A DNA stretch of 64,000 bases, from the IMG/VR virus record IMGVR_UViG_3300025141_012845, positions 1 to 64,000 of that record; one strand, written 5' to 3'. Numbering within the stretch: position 1 is the first letter of the stretch; each line of letters begins with the position of its first letter. Source of the stretch: a virus. Below are positions 38,601 through 47,929 of the stretch, piece after piece. A program made the position numbers and the translations under genes. Below the pieces are notes generated by a model. That model searched no databases, was not told the DNA's origin, and saw only the letters and a list, made by a program, of their open reading frames with translations.

Positions 38601-41600
38601 AGTCTTTAAAAACTCGTTCATTAATTGAGATTCACTAAAGATATCCTCCAAACTTACTTGACTAGAAAAAGACGGAGCATAAACAATCATTTCCAAAATT
38701 AAGAAGGCTATAACACAATAAATAAGAGCCTCCTGAACTGAATCTCCTATTGCAGATGGATTTGAATCTGGATCAGCAAAATCTGTTTTCTGGAGATATA
38801 CACTAACCGCTTCTTGACTTATTTTTTTAAGTTGTTCAATAGGGAATATTCCTGAATTTTCTAAATCGAGTGTTTGATACTGTTTAAGATTCTCAAAACT
38901 TCCTTCTAATAATTTTACAATTTCGTTTAAGCCTGAGTGCTTCATTGCCGTCCACAATCTTGCCATTGACGTGATATCTAGAAAGGACTCAATTGATTCT
39001 TTTTGATAGTATGTACCAGGTAAAACATCCGGGCTCTTATCTGTTACAGAAAGGGCTGCTGCACTATTTTGGAAATCCACATAAAGTCGATCACTCAGTT
39101 GGTTTCTTAAAAGAACGTATTCAGCGCACTTATTTTCGTCTACCCACTGTACTATACCACCTGGGAAATCTGCTCCGACCACCATCTCTATATCAGAATA
39201 GACACCCCCTTTGTTTTCATCGCTTTGAAAGTTGGTGCCTTCTGGATCATATATACCTTCAGAAACCCAAGAATTGTTACCTCTCTGATCTAACCATTGA
39301 ATATTGAACATATTAATTTGATGTTCTGGTTTTCTACCCCAATTGTCTGAAGATAATTGAGTAAACTGCATTGTATAATCTTCATAGCGGTAAGCAGGAA
39401 CGGGATCGATAATTTGCAAGGACAGTGTGATTTTAATATCTTCTAAAACAGATTCTTCGATGTTCAATCCTTTTGTTTCCAATATTAATTTCGAACCAAT
39501 TGAGGTTGCTCTAATATACTTTCCTAAATCAAAGTCTGTGTACGCAAAATGACCAATCTCCTTTAACAAAGGCAAAGATACAGGATTTCCATTAATGTCT
39601 GTGTCGGTCGCGTCATTGGGTTCAAGATCCCCTCCAGAGTGGGCAATTGCCTCTGCTATTCTTCTGGAAAAATACTGTTCTGTTGGGAGTCCAGGTCCCT
39701 GCGGTATCGGAAACGGCTGATTCGGGTAAGTCGCGTAAGCCATTACATGTAGTTGGTTTTGATCTAAAGGCTCAAGACCAATGTCGTCAGGACTCTTCAC
39801 GGGTATCCATTTTATTTCATAAGTTTTGTTACTGGCCTCCCCTGTTATTTCTGGAGGCAAGATAATTCGGATGTTAAAATCCGTTCCTCCATAGGTGGCG
39901 ATATCGTATCTTTCATTCAAAACTTCAGTGTCAGGGTGTCCAAAAGGAGCAGCAAGGTCAATCTCCACAAAAGGATTGCTTGGAGGTATAAACGTAACAT
40001 CGTAAATGTCCAATTTTGAAGTAATCGCGCCATCGAGCGTAATTAAAGCCTGCTGGCTTGGATCCTGCGGTATTTCCTCCCCATTCTCTAAAATCCATTT
40101 TTCTTCAAAATATTGATTAATTATTCCCAAATAATTGCTCAAATCCAAAGAAACGGCACTTTCAAGAGGCAACAATATTGCATTAGTTGCCATATTTCCA
40201 GCAAACTTTAAAAACGGTGTTTCTGAAATGGCACTATTCATAAGACTGTTTGTTTCAGATTTTAAAGATTTTAAAGGATCGGTTGCTGCTTCGACAGCAC
40301 CCATCAAATCTTGTTGTTGAAGCAATCTATCTTTTGCCACCTGTAATGTAATTTGGTCTTCTGAATATCCTTGTCTTTGAAGAGCGGCTCGTATTTTTGT
40401 TTCTCTTAGAGATTGTTCCATATCATCGCATAAATCTTCGAGACAAGGAGGGTCTTCTAAGAACTCACACACTGATGTGTCTAAAACGCCATCAATATCT
40501 ATAAAAAGTTGTCGAATACCTTCAATGCCGGGATATTCTTGATATAATTCATTAAATCTAAGTCTATTAAAGATATCAACGTCTTGCATTAACTTCGAAG
40601 TCGCTGTTCCTTGAAAAAGTTGGCAAAGTTCTCCCGGAGTGAAGACTGAAAAAAGACTTGCTAAGTAATCTTCTGGTCTTTCTAGATAAGGGAACAACTG
40701 CTCCGCAGAGGAAGTGTCTAATCCTAAAGTTTTAACGTCGATATCTCCGGCTTGTTGAGGTCCCGAATTGCCACAATTCTCAAGCCAAGCTAATATCTGG
40801 CTTACAACTTGTTCTGTTATAAACTTTTCCGCCTCTTTGACGAGAGTTTCAAAAAGTTTCTTTTCAAGTTGTTTAAGTATTTTACCTAAATAAGGAAGTT
40901 TGTCCGGTAATCGAAAGTTAATATCGCATTTGGGAAACGCTGGTATCTTGTCCCTTTCAAATCTAGCTTCTTCCGATCCATTAAGATAATCCCACGCCCA
41001 TTTAAAAACTTGTATTATGGTATTAACCAATTCAATCGCGCCATAAACAAGGGCCTCACACAAAAAGAGTTTCTCGTTAAAATCAAAATTTCGACGATGA
41101 TTTGAATAAAAAGATGTACCAGATATTTCATCTATCCTTCTTGAGGTCCAGTTTCCAAACAATAATTCCATTTTATTATAGAGTGCTCCACCATCGACAA
41201 CTTGGACCGATTCTCCAAACGCGCTAATTTTAACCTGATAAGATCTAAACGCTCTCATGAAGTTTACAAAAGTCTGCTCCGGTGTTTTTCCTTTATAAAA
41301 GCCAACATCGTCTAATCCAATTTCTTCTGCGGCTTTTGTGATTAACGCCTCAAACCCATCAAATGGGGAAAACGCTTTCTCCAGTAATTCGTCACACAGC
41401 ATTTCCACAAGGTCTTGCAAAGAATAATCCAAATACATGCACGCCAACATCTCTTTCGCGATTGTTTGTATGTCGGTCTTATTCAAAACTAACATAAAGA
41501 GGTCTGTTATAGAGTCAACCTCTCCTATCTCTCTTGGTCTGCGTGGTAAAGCAGAAAACAGTTGGTCACCTATCTCATCTGAGGCTTTCTTATTCGTTTT

Positions 41601-43931
41601 AGCGAGAACCTTTTTAACGTCGATTCTTTTATACCACTCATCATCGCTGTTCAACTCATTTATCGTCATCGGCCTCGTTGAAGATTCTGCTCTTGCTTTA
41701 TGTATATTTATTATTTGTTCATCCGATAAAACTTTCTTAAGTCGCCAGTTTAAGGGCAGTGTCTTAACAACTGCTGCTTCAGTTCCCGGATTCATAACCA
41801 TATAGCGAGAAGAGTAAGCATATTTTTTGACAAACACATCTGCCGTCAACTTATCGTCCTTGTTTACTGGAGAAGAGGCTGATCTACCAGATGCTGATTT
41901 TACTCTTTGTGCTAAAGTAGAGTTGGATTCAGCGCTCTGAAAGGCTCCCGGTTTTGGGAAGCCACATGCGGCAGTGATCCTATCTATAACTCCAGGCTCA
42001 CTGGCAATCTGGTTAATGCTATACAGGAAAAAGAATGTTCTTAGATAATTGACTTTAAACTTATTCATTTGAAACGGGTCAAATCCGGGGATGTCGCCAA
42101 GAATAGCACCAGCCGGCACTACTGTGTTCTCATCTGCCAGTGGTCTAGATCCTAACCCTTCCAGTTTAGCAGGTAAAACAAGAAATTCTGGATTGAAATG
42201 AACTGTCTTCTCTTCCGCTGTAGAGTCCTCACTGTCGTGCATAGTCAAGAAAATCTTATCCTGAATTGATAAAAAAGAAGGATTGAGGAAGTTCAGATAG
42301 TGATTTACCTGTTGATGTATATCAAAAGGAAAAAGGTTGGAAAACATCATCGACTTCATAAGTTCCGCATGATATTCTATCTTATAATCTTTTAATTCGA
42401 CTCGCAAACTTGCTATTTTTGCTCTTTGTTTATTTAATTCAACCTGTGATTGAACATTTTTAAGAATCTCGACTCTTTGTTTGATGTCCTTTTCTCTATA
42501 GGCGATTTCTTCTTGAAGGGCCTTCATTGTAATTGATTCAGTTCGAACGTATCGTAGTTGAGGTATTGGGGCGTGATTAGCACTGAAGTCGAAACTTTCC
42601 TGGAGGGGTTCTTGTGTGAGTTCAAAACCGAAAATTATCTTCTTATTGACATTTTTATACAAATCTCCCAAGCCCAAATCTTCTGGATTCTTAAAGGTTC
42701 CTTTAAAGGACTCCTCATTTAACTTAAAGAACCTATCCATCTTAGTCTTAAAGGCGATAACCTTGTTCGCCTCTTCTTTTAAATCAAGCACAACTCCTTG
42801 AGGAAAATTATAAACCCCTTCTGTACCAAGTAGATCAGGTTGTCCTCCGCCTGCATGAGGGACACCAGCGGCTGCTGGAATATCATCATAATATTCGTAC
42901 TCTGATTTTTTAAGTTCCTTGTCAAAATCTAACAAAAGGGCTTGAAGTTCCCCCATAGAGTTTACAAAAGACTGATAACTGTCAAAGGCTATTTCTCTAT
43001 ATTGAACACCTCTTTGTTCAGGTGGAGGTGGTATGGGCGCTGGTTTGTTCTTTTTCAGAAAATCGGTTATCAGTTCCTCATATACTATCCAGTCAACAAT
43101 TCTGTCTGGAGGGACCAGAAAATAGTCCTGCGTGACCGGATCATAATACAGCCCCTCAGCAGATGGTGAAAATCCCACTGCTACAGATGCCGCAATCGCC
43201 CCCACTTCTTCTAAAGTTGGCAAGGGAATAGATTCTTCAATAGCTTGATCTAACGCATTGTACATGCTGGTTATTGTTGACTGCGTAAATTGTACAACCG
43301 GCTTATTAATTACAGAAAGTATCGGACCACTTTCATTTTTTAATGATTCTCTAATCGAGAATTTGGCTGCAAACATCTCAGCATTTTTCAAGTCAGGATG
43401 CATATATCTGCTTTCTTCAGGAGAAACAGCGTCAAGTGATTCGATAAACTGTTTTAAAAATGTAACTTTGAATGCAAATATTCTTTTATCCACATAGTCA
43501 CCAGCAGACGGTCTTAAATGAAATGTTGGGTCTGTAATAGAGACAACTCTTGCCGCATCTCTTGAAACATTCCTCGACGCTTGAGAGTAGTTTCGAAACG
43601 GGTTCATACCAATATCGAACCCAAAAGGAGTTGCGGAAGTGTTCACCGTGTCGCCTATAACTTCTAGCCCGGTAATATCTGGAGGAACTGAAACTCCGCC
43701 TATTTTATTTGCAATCTCTATCATTTCTTTAGGAACCGATGCCGGGTCTCTTCCGAAATATTTAGACACCCACACAAAAGCGTAAGTTGCCATTTCTTTT
43801 TTATTCTGCCATGTCCAGAACGCTGGATCTGTATCAATCTCATATTCAGATTGATAGTGGAGAGTTATTGAATAGTTTCCGTTCCCATCGATATATGGGG
43901 TATTAATTGGTTTATTTCTCCAATCTGCCAT
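35646..43931 (-). CDS. Giant hypothetical protein in the baseplate module (2761 aa)
   Basis: Uninterrupted ORF between the spike and gp25 genes; acidic; helical Cys-containing centre; no family recognised. Confidence 0.7.
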   Translation of the reverse strand: MADWRNKPINTPYIDGNGNYSITLHYQSEYEIDTDPAFWTWQNKKEMATYAFVWVSKYFGRDPASVPKEMIEIANKIGGVSVPPDITGLEVIGDTVNTSATPFGFDIGMNPFRNYSQASRNVSRDAARVVSITDPTFHLRPSAGDYVDKRIFAFKVTFLKQFIESLDAVSPEESRYMHPDLKNAEMFAAKFSIRESLKNESGPILSVINKPVVQFTQSTITSMYNALDQAIEESIPLPTLEEVGAIAASVAVGFSPSAEGLYYDPVTQDYFLVPPDRIVDWIVYEELITDFLKKNKPAPIPPPPEQRGVQYREIAFDSYQSFVNSMGELQALLLDFDKELKKSEYEYYDDIPAAAGVPHAGGGQPDLLGTEGVYNFPQGVVLDLKEEANKVIAFKTKMDRFFKLNEESFKGTFKNPEDLGLGDLYKNVNKKIIFGFELTQEPLQESFDFSANHAPIPQLRYVRTESITMKALQEEIAYREKDIKQRVEILKNVQSQVELNKQRAKIASLRVELKDYKIEYHAELMKSMMFSNLFPFDIHQQVNHYLNFLNPSFLSIQDKIFLTMHDSEDSTAEEKTVHFNPEFLVLPAKLEGLGSRPLADENTVVPAGAILGDIPGFDPFQMNKFKVNYLRTFFFLYSINQIASEPGVIDRITAACGFPKPGAFQSAESNSTLAQRVKSASGRSASSPVNKDDKLTADVFVKKYAYSSRYMVMNPGTEAAVVKTLPLNWRLKKVLSDEQIINIHKARAESSTRPMTINELNSDDEWYKRIDVKKVLAKTNKKASDEIGDQLFSALPRRPREIGEVDSITDLFMLVLNKTDIQTIAKEMLACMYLDYSLQDLVEMLCDELLEKAFSPFDGFEALITKAAEEIGLDDVGFYKGKTPEQTFVNFMRAFRSYQVKISAFGESVQVVDGGALYNKMELLFGNWTSRRIDEISGTSFYSNHRRNFDFNEKLFLCEALVYGAIELVNTIIQVFKWAWDYLNGSEEARFERDKIPAFPKCDINFRLPDKLPYLGKILKQLEKKLFETLVKEAEKFITEQVVSQILAWLENCGNSGPQQAGDIDVKTLGLDTSSAEQLFPYLERPEDYLASLFSVFTPGELCQLFQGTATSKLMQDVDIFNRLRFNELYQEYPGIEGIRQLFIDIDGVLDTSVCEFLEDPPCLEDLCDDMEQSLRETKIRAALQRQGYSEDQITLQVAKDRLLQQQDLMGAVEAATDPLKSLKSETNSLMNSAISETPFLKFAGNMATNAILLPLESAVSLDLSNYLGIINQYFEEKWILENGEEIPQDPSQQALITLDGAITSKLDIYDVTFIPPSNPFVEIDLAAPFGHPDTEVLNERYDIATYGGTDFNIRIILPPEITGEASNKTYEIKWIPVKSPDDIGLEPLDQNQLHVMAYATYPNQPFPIPQGPGLPTEQYFSRRIAEAIAHSGGDLEPNDATDTDINGNPVSLPLLKEIGHFAYTDFDLGKYIRATSIGSKLILETKGLNIEESVLEDIKITLSLQIIDPVPAYRYEDYTMQFTQLSSDNWGRKPEHQINMFNIQWLDQRGNNSWVSEGIYDPEGTNFQSDENKGGVYSDIEMVVGADFPGGIVQWVDENKCAEYVLLRNQLSDRLYVDFQNSAAALSVTDKSPDVLPGTYYQKESIESFLDITSMARLWTAMKHSGLNEIVKLLEGSFENLKQYQTLDLENSGIFPIEQLKKISQEAVSVYLQKTDFADPDSNPSAIGDSVQEALIYCVIAFLILEMIVYAPSFSSQVSLEDIFSESQLMNEFLKTVFQEDDQISKFNKKIFEKYAISERINIDTIRKTLLEGIDKKIAKALGLPAPPEGAVSAPNSLLKIYNSTKGLLVMDAPSRNTRLYNPGDFTAFDADDATEILQENFNIKTRISRLWTNNVDADKVKDKGQWWHLKAPEAGDEVLGGWSNQWFEIGDEVESSILDTYEQLLGDEGQPGRFIFETYAKVPTAWLYGDFPVYYTSFPEGDSIYGKPHSLKEEENMTIPDTEKVIVGFPEFKRIIISKLLQAVEEKGGTFNESEWETFFKNTFDFYNFYPSMQANQGEGSEAGSIDTLQPVAWYSTQEFTITNAIDGKKSDSNPRPFFYAAPFVYDSETGEHAGKLSAYLDGPQVGKSPYDFALDTEVDEGGIYEWNHKPINPATGKVVTNAAYSTPSVFNPKTVMSRGLMTDDSEMLRISVQEVYKGDGDEWMGVVGTDAGPEDRYLPSGDVLPIGDCRNDPHWGTATGDNESANSVDVGFWRINATNWRNDSDYHNGLMYGLLTTFHQLSTGSDPWYFPGETYPYGPWIQREGDMTVSGYVLDTVVGNGGKWTLNNAILSHWAKIDIGETKSFKFMDINHPSLELYFNEDCGVKSVKPSYKVVTSTIKVPSIVRVVPGEKVSLITKKSPDESQYITPELPGLTVEGMKKAGIKWPEASTTADKKKTKYFAKVGGDYVWDNDSEIVIVETQPVKIHKIYEIRKEDQDLLEQKSVELLDEGTDNPSPVLMDDFLSDVDFGVRISYVLSDAQIVNDTYLSDDEMLYKKFVMDPMLPEFDNGQILPIGVDASAADASKVLLKGLEAVKSYNFVLKEPSYYNQPESQGINQSGEAMQEKINEKLWQPSSASGESAKIRTLPLASFEMQSPPGGIMKALDHYPLFIGDVSNVEMANNPFLFRGWGRETYESLIEGLRETEEYKNLIENILELKTGAAIMLLSTMGKFKENFEEVPEFEEKIMSNAQAYLDTMIEYINKYPYGKTELDDSDFN

Positions 43932-43939
43932 TTTGCCCC

Positions 43940-44887
43940 TTAGTTCGTGTTATTATTCTTACTTAATATAAAGTCAAAACACTTTGGCGTAAACATGTTT
44001 GATTTATACATAATAAGGTTTGTTTTTGTATTAACAGTGGACATCACAGTGTCAGATGCCATATTAAATAATTCTTGCGGTATTGTCGTTATAATTTTGT
44101 TAGTTTGTGGATTTATGAAGGCAATGGAAGGACTTGTTACTCCGCCCACACCAGCAAACGGATGCGTATGGCTTAAAATTGCATTATTAAGCATACTTTG
44201 ATCCAAATTTGTTTGCATTTGTGCTCTCACAAAAGAAGCAAAGGTCTCAACGATTGCGTTTACGTACTCTACAAGACTTTCGAGTGCGTCAACTAGATTA
44301 TCTCCAAGAACAAGAGGTTGTAAGTTAGCATCGTCGTTTCCGGCTATTAAATCGATTCCTGCCCTGCTTTTTATCTTTGCTCCTTTGGAATTAAACCCAT
44401 CTGTTGAGGTTACAAGCTTGATCCCCTCTCTGCCGACTACCCTCACAACATCGGCTTTAATTCCAATACCCGCTCTAGCAAGCGGTTTGCCGGTTGTTCC
44501 ATCGCAAAGATTAAAGTTCTCATCAATGTCTGTTTTTTGGCTGATATAGATTCTTGCAGCGTCCGCTTTAAAGTTTGGGTCACACCAGTGATTTGGTGTT
44601 GCATTTACCATTTGCTGCTTTCCAACAACCAAATCAATTGCTCCTGCACTAAAGTCTCCTCTTCCTCCAAATCCAGACGAACGATTACCGGGCCTGTCTT
44701 TTGTTAAAATTATCCAGGCATCGTGTCCGTTATTCAAGGTTTTCTCCCAAGAAGCTTTAATATGGTTTGGTTGATATTCCGTCTCCGACTGGATGATAAG
44801 TTTATCATCTTCAGACATTGCTGATCTGTCTTTTTGAGTTTTAGAATCTAAACTACCTAAATTGACGGCTTTAATCTCGTCTGCCAT
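43940..44887 (-). CDS. Baseplate central spike (gp5 C-terminal / gpV-like)
   Basis: Beta-repeat-like IxxxADxVRVVGRxGIKL, QPLVLGDNLVDAL and terminal HTHP..TSP motif typical of spikes. Confidence 0.7.
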   Translation of the reverse strand: MADEIKAVNLGSLDSKTQKDRSAMSEDDKLIIQSETEYQPNHIKASWEKTLNNGHDAWIILTKDRPGNRSSGFGGRGDFSAGAIDLVVGKQQMVNATPNHWCDPNFKADAARIYISQKTDIDENFNLCDGTTGKPLARAGIGIKADVVRVVGREGIKLVTSTDGFNSKGAKIKSRAGIDLIAGNDDANLQPLVLGDNLVDALESLVEYVNAIVETFASFVRAQMQTNLDQSMLNNAILSHTHPFAGVGGVTSPSIAFINPQTNKIITTIPQELFNMASDTVMSTVNTKTNLIMYKSNMFTPKCFDFILSKNNNTN

Positions 44888-44913
44888 TTTTTTCTTTAAC
44901 CTCTATAACTTGT

Positions 44914-44923
44914 TATAAATATC
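44914..44923 (-). promoter_or_regulatory. Putative late-promoter motif GATATTTATA
   Basis: Recurrent motif about 26 nt upstream of ATG 44887; overlaps the dyad TATAAC-TT-GTTATA. Confidence 0.5.
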
Positions 44924-44948
44924 TTAAAATCTCAAATTTGCAACAAAC

Positions 44949-46352
44949 TCAAGCATTTAAGTTTTCTGGTAAAGAAGTTGTTACGGCTCCTGTTCTTATT
45001 GCATCCTTTAATAGATCGTAAGATTCTTGAGGAAGATAGCCCCTTGCTCTACATATACAATAATAATGTGTGGCTAAACCATCTTTATAGGATTTTAAAA
45101 ACTTGCCCCTTGAAATCAAGCCAGTGGGCCTATCCGCCATATCCCTATCATAACCCCAAACAAATCTTTCAGATGTCACGTTTAGCATTAAATCTATCGA
45201 AGGATATTTCTTCTGTAATTCTAAAAGTAGAGAATACGCCGCTTCATGCTGCTGCATTGGGGGATTTCGATATTCTTTATATCTGTTAAACTCGACTTGA
45301 AAAACGTTTTCATCATCTATTTCTCTGCAAACAGGGGCTCCATTGAAAACTTCAGCACTGTCCTCGCCAGAACACCTTCTTACTCTGTTTATTATTTCGA
45401 TACCAACCGATCTTCCATCGACGCCATAATTTGTTTTTGGTTTTCCACCCGAATGAAAAGTAACTCTAGTTTTGGGATCTTCATGTTGCACTATTGTTCC
45501 ATCTGTTCCGATACTGAAATGTACTGATAACTTCTTTCCGTCAAGAACTCTTCTCAACTCTTCTCGACCACCACTTTTTAAATCGGGAGTTTTCTTTGCG
45601 TAAGTTTCGCTTTCTGTTAAAACAACAGTATCTATTTCTTGAATACTTACAGGTTTTCCCCCATTTGAGTTTGTAACGGAGGCACTCCTATCTACAGCGT
45701 GCTTAAATGGCTCTCCAATTTCGACTTCTAGACCACTCGGTGTCGACATCTTTTCTCCAACTTTCGGCGCTTGAGGTAATTCCGTTTGATTTTCTGGTGG
45801 TTTTGTGGCTGCTTGTGAAGACTTTGCTAAATGAGAGTTGTTGTACGTATCTTGCCAAAGATTTCTTGGAGTTGGAACAATTCCAATAAAGTGGACAGTG
45901 TCATCTACCATCGTAACTTTTATAACTGTTTTTGGCTTTAAGCGTCCAGCAACAGCCTCCTCAAGAATATTATCTACTCTTGGATGTCTAGCGATCTCAT
46001 CCCAAGAGGAAATAGGATCGTGACCGCTTTCATCGGTTGGATGAAAGATGTCGTCAGTTATTGGAATATATTTAGGAGGGTCAGGCATTCCTTTATATCT
46101 TGGTACTCGGATATAGGCAGATAGATGTCTCTGATTAGATTCTGAATCTACAAATATTTTTGAAGCCAAAACCACTGCATTAAAGGTTGTTTTTGCCGCC
46201 TTACTATAACTCACAGAATATGACTCGGCGGAATCGTTTATAACTTTTACAGGATCTGTATCGCCATATCTGCTATATACTCCTCCATACTCATCGTCAT
46301 AAATCCTTGGATTCAGAGCCTCTGCTGGTGGATCTACATACAGTTGTGCCAT
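44949..46352 (-). CDS. Baseplate hub/gp5-N-like protein with a C-terminal Amidase_2 (N-acetylmuramoyl-L-alanine amidase-like) domain
   Basis: SVHFSIGTDGTIVQ, FHSG and SVGIEI amidase motifs; Zn-ligand His positions appear substituted; adjacent to the spike gene. Confidence 0.7.
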   Translation of the reverse strand: MAQLYVDPPAEALNPRIYDDEYGGVYSRYGDTDPVKVINDSAESYSVSYSKAAKTTFNAVVLASKIFVDSESNQRHLSAYIRVPRYKGMPDPPKYIPITDDIFHPTDESGHDPISSWDEIARHPRVDNILEEAVAGRLKPKTVIKVTMVDDTVHFIGIVPTPRNLWQDTYNNSHLAKSSQAATKPPENQTELPQAPKVGEKMSTPSGLEVEIGEPFKHAVDRSASVTNSNGGKPVSIQEIDTVVLTESETYAKKTPDLKSGGREELRRVLDGKKLSVHFSIGTDGTIVQHEDPKTRVTFHSGGKPKTNYGVDGRSVGIEIINRVRRCSGEDSAEVFNGAPVCREIDDENVFQVEFNRYKEYRNPPMQQHEAAYSLLLELQKKYPSIDLMLNVTSERFVWGYDRDMADRPTGLISRGKFLKSYKDGLATHYYCICRARGYLPQESYDLLKDAIRTGAVTTSLPENLNA

Positions 46353-46636
46353 TATTCTTCACCTTGAATAAGGTCGAATAATTCTTCTTTATCGCTTGAG
46401 GTCAGTCCCTGCTCTTTAGTCTCCCTCTTTTGCAGCAAAGCCGCAATCTTAACTAATTGTTCGTTCGACCTTTGAAGAGTCTCTACATACTTTGCTGCAA
46501 TTGGGCCTACCTCTTTATGCTGTAAGTCGTTTTTAGATAATAAAATCATAACGTCCTCTAAAAGAGATTTAGTAACTTCTCTATCGTTATTGATGTTATT
46601 GATTGCATCCTCTAAATAGCGATCAAGATCTTTCAT
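46352..46636 (-). CDS. Helical hypothetical protein (94 aa)
   Basis: SD GAGG; stop overlaps the next start (TAATG). Confidence 0.75.
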   Translation of the reverse strand: MKDLDRYLEDAINNINNDREVTKSLLEDVMILLSKNDLQHKEVGPIAAKYVETLQRSNEQLVKIAALLQKRETKEQGLTSSDKEELFDLIQGEE

Positions 46637-46660
46637 AATTGTACCTCTTTGATTTCGTTA

Positions 46661-46670
46661 ATAATTAGAA
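46661..46670 (-). promoter_or_regulatory. Putative late-promoter motif TTCTAATTAT
   Basis: TAHTTA core at the head of the structural operon, just downstream of the sigma gene. Confidence 0.35.
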
Positions 46671-46675
46671 TAAGT

Positions 46676-47380
46676 CTATATTTTTCCTTCGTTCCAGTCG
46701 GACTTAAAGTTTCTATACCTTGCTCTTAATTTGTTGAGACTACTAACAACTTGCTTCGTATTTAAGCCCGTTAATTCTCTGAGATAGAGATAAACTGCCT
46801 TCTTGTTAAAGATTTCAATGTCTTCCGAACTATTAAAAAGAACGTCCACTGCTTGAAGAACCTTTCTTTCATTTTGCTTAAGAGTCTCCTCATGCCAAGA
46901 CGACATCTCATCTTTTAAAAACTTCCAAAACTCTTTATATTCTCTATTGGAGACATATCCCTCATCCTCCATACACAAGTGTCTTTGATGTGACGCCTTA
47001 GAAACTGCATCAAACTGGATCTCTCTTCTCATTGCTGTGGAACACTTCTTAACCTTATGTATAAACCAGTTTTTAGTTATAACGCTGAAATATGAAAAGG
47101 CTTTCGATCCTTTGTCAGGGTCATATTTGTCCAATATTGTGGTGAGCCACATCTTACACTCTTCCATAAGAACATCTATATTTGGAAGACTAGAGAACTT
47201 GTATGTATAAACAATCTTATTCACCAATTCATTAAATGCTGGCTGTATGAGATCTATATATAGTTTTTGTTTCTCGTCTCTGTCGTCGGATCGTGCGTAC
47301 TTTACAATTGCATCTTCATGATCTTTTGTAAAATAATGTCTACTATTTTTCTTTCTTCTTCTAGTCTTCGGTTTCGTCAT
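46676..47380 (-). CDS. Phage sigma factor for late transcription, T4 gp55-like (sigma-70 region 2)
   Basis: HYF N-terminal motif and LDKYDPDKGSKAFSYFSVITKN region-2 signature; lies directly upstream of the structural genes. Confidence 0.8.
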   Translation of the reverse strand: MTKPKTRRRKKNSRHYFTKDHEDAIVKYARSDDRDEKQKLYIDLIQPAFNELVNKIVYTYKFSSLPNIDVLMEECKMWLTTILDKYDPDKGSKAFSYFSVITKNWFIHKVKKCSTAMRREIQFDAVSKASHQRHLCMEDEGYVSNREYKEFWKFLKDEMSSWHEETLKQNERKVLQAVDVLFNSSEDIEIFNKKAVYLYLRELTGLNTKQVVSSLNKLRARYRNFKSDWNEGKI

Positions 47381-47675
47381 CTATTTCATCCTCTAGTTCT
47401 AATTCTTTTGTTAAGTCAAGAATATTCTCGTATTGATCAAACTCCACCAAAAGCTCTTTTGAATGTCTAATAAGATTCTGTAAAGTCTCGTCGCCATAAA
47501 ATGTTTCGAGAGAGTGAACTCCTTCAAGATGAGATGAAAATTCATCAATATCTTCAAAAAGATCTCCCATAGTTTCCGAGACAAACAACAGGTCCCGAAT
47601 TATCTTTCTCAAATACCACAACAACAGTATATTCAGAGATATTGATACAACAGATATGATTATTATCGTAATCAT
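47361..47675 (-). CDS. Single-TM membrane protein (104 aa)
   Basis: N-terminal hydrophobic helix; acidic helical tail with YGDETL. Confidence 0.7.
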   Translation of the reverse strand: MITIIIISVVSISLNILLLWYLRKIIRDLLFVSETMGDLFEDIDEFSSHLEGVHSLETFYGDETLQNLIRHSKELLVEFDQYENILDLTKELELEDEIDDETED

Positions 47676-47929
47676 GTTTTATGTTCTTCCTTCATACGTT
47701 GTTTTTCTTTTTCGACTTCTTTTTTTGTAGATTTAATATATTCTTTAACAATAGATCCAGGCTTTTGTTTATTTTGCTTGGAGTCCGTTTTTGTTGTAAA
47801 TGTAGAGTACACCTTTTTAAGGCATCCCGTATTATTACAAAATTTGCATCTCTCTAAACGCTCGTTTATAGAATGCACTGCTGAAAATTCCTTTTCACAG
47901 TTCTTACAGTGATATTGATATATCGGCAT
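47672..47929 (-). CDS. FmdB-family zinc-ribbon protein
   Basis: MPIYQYHCKNC...CKFC. Confidence 0.85.
   Translation of the reverse strand: MPIYQYHCKNCEKEFSAVHSINERLERCKFCNNTGCLKKVYSTFTTKTDSKQNKQKPGSIVKEYIKSTKKEVEKEKQRMKEEHKT

Noticed and set aside
35646-43931. Tape measure protein call for the 2761-aa ORF
   Set aside because: It lacks Ala/Gly-rich helical periodicity and is rich in Pro, Asp and aromatic residues; left as hypothetical.
33352-46352. Bacterial contractile injection system (eCIS/T6SS) next to a chromosomal O-antigen locus
   Set aside because: It is linked to a phage-type primase, resolvase, gp46/47 and gp55-like sigma, with no housekeeping genes and no wzx/wzy/ABC export genes in view.
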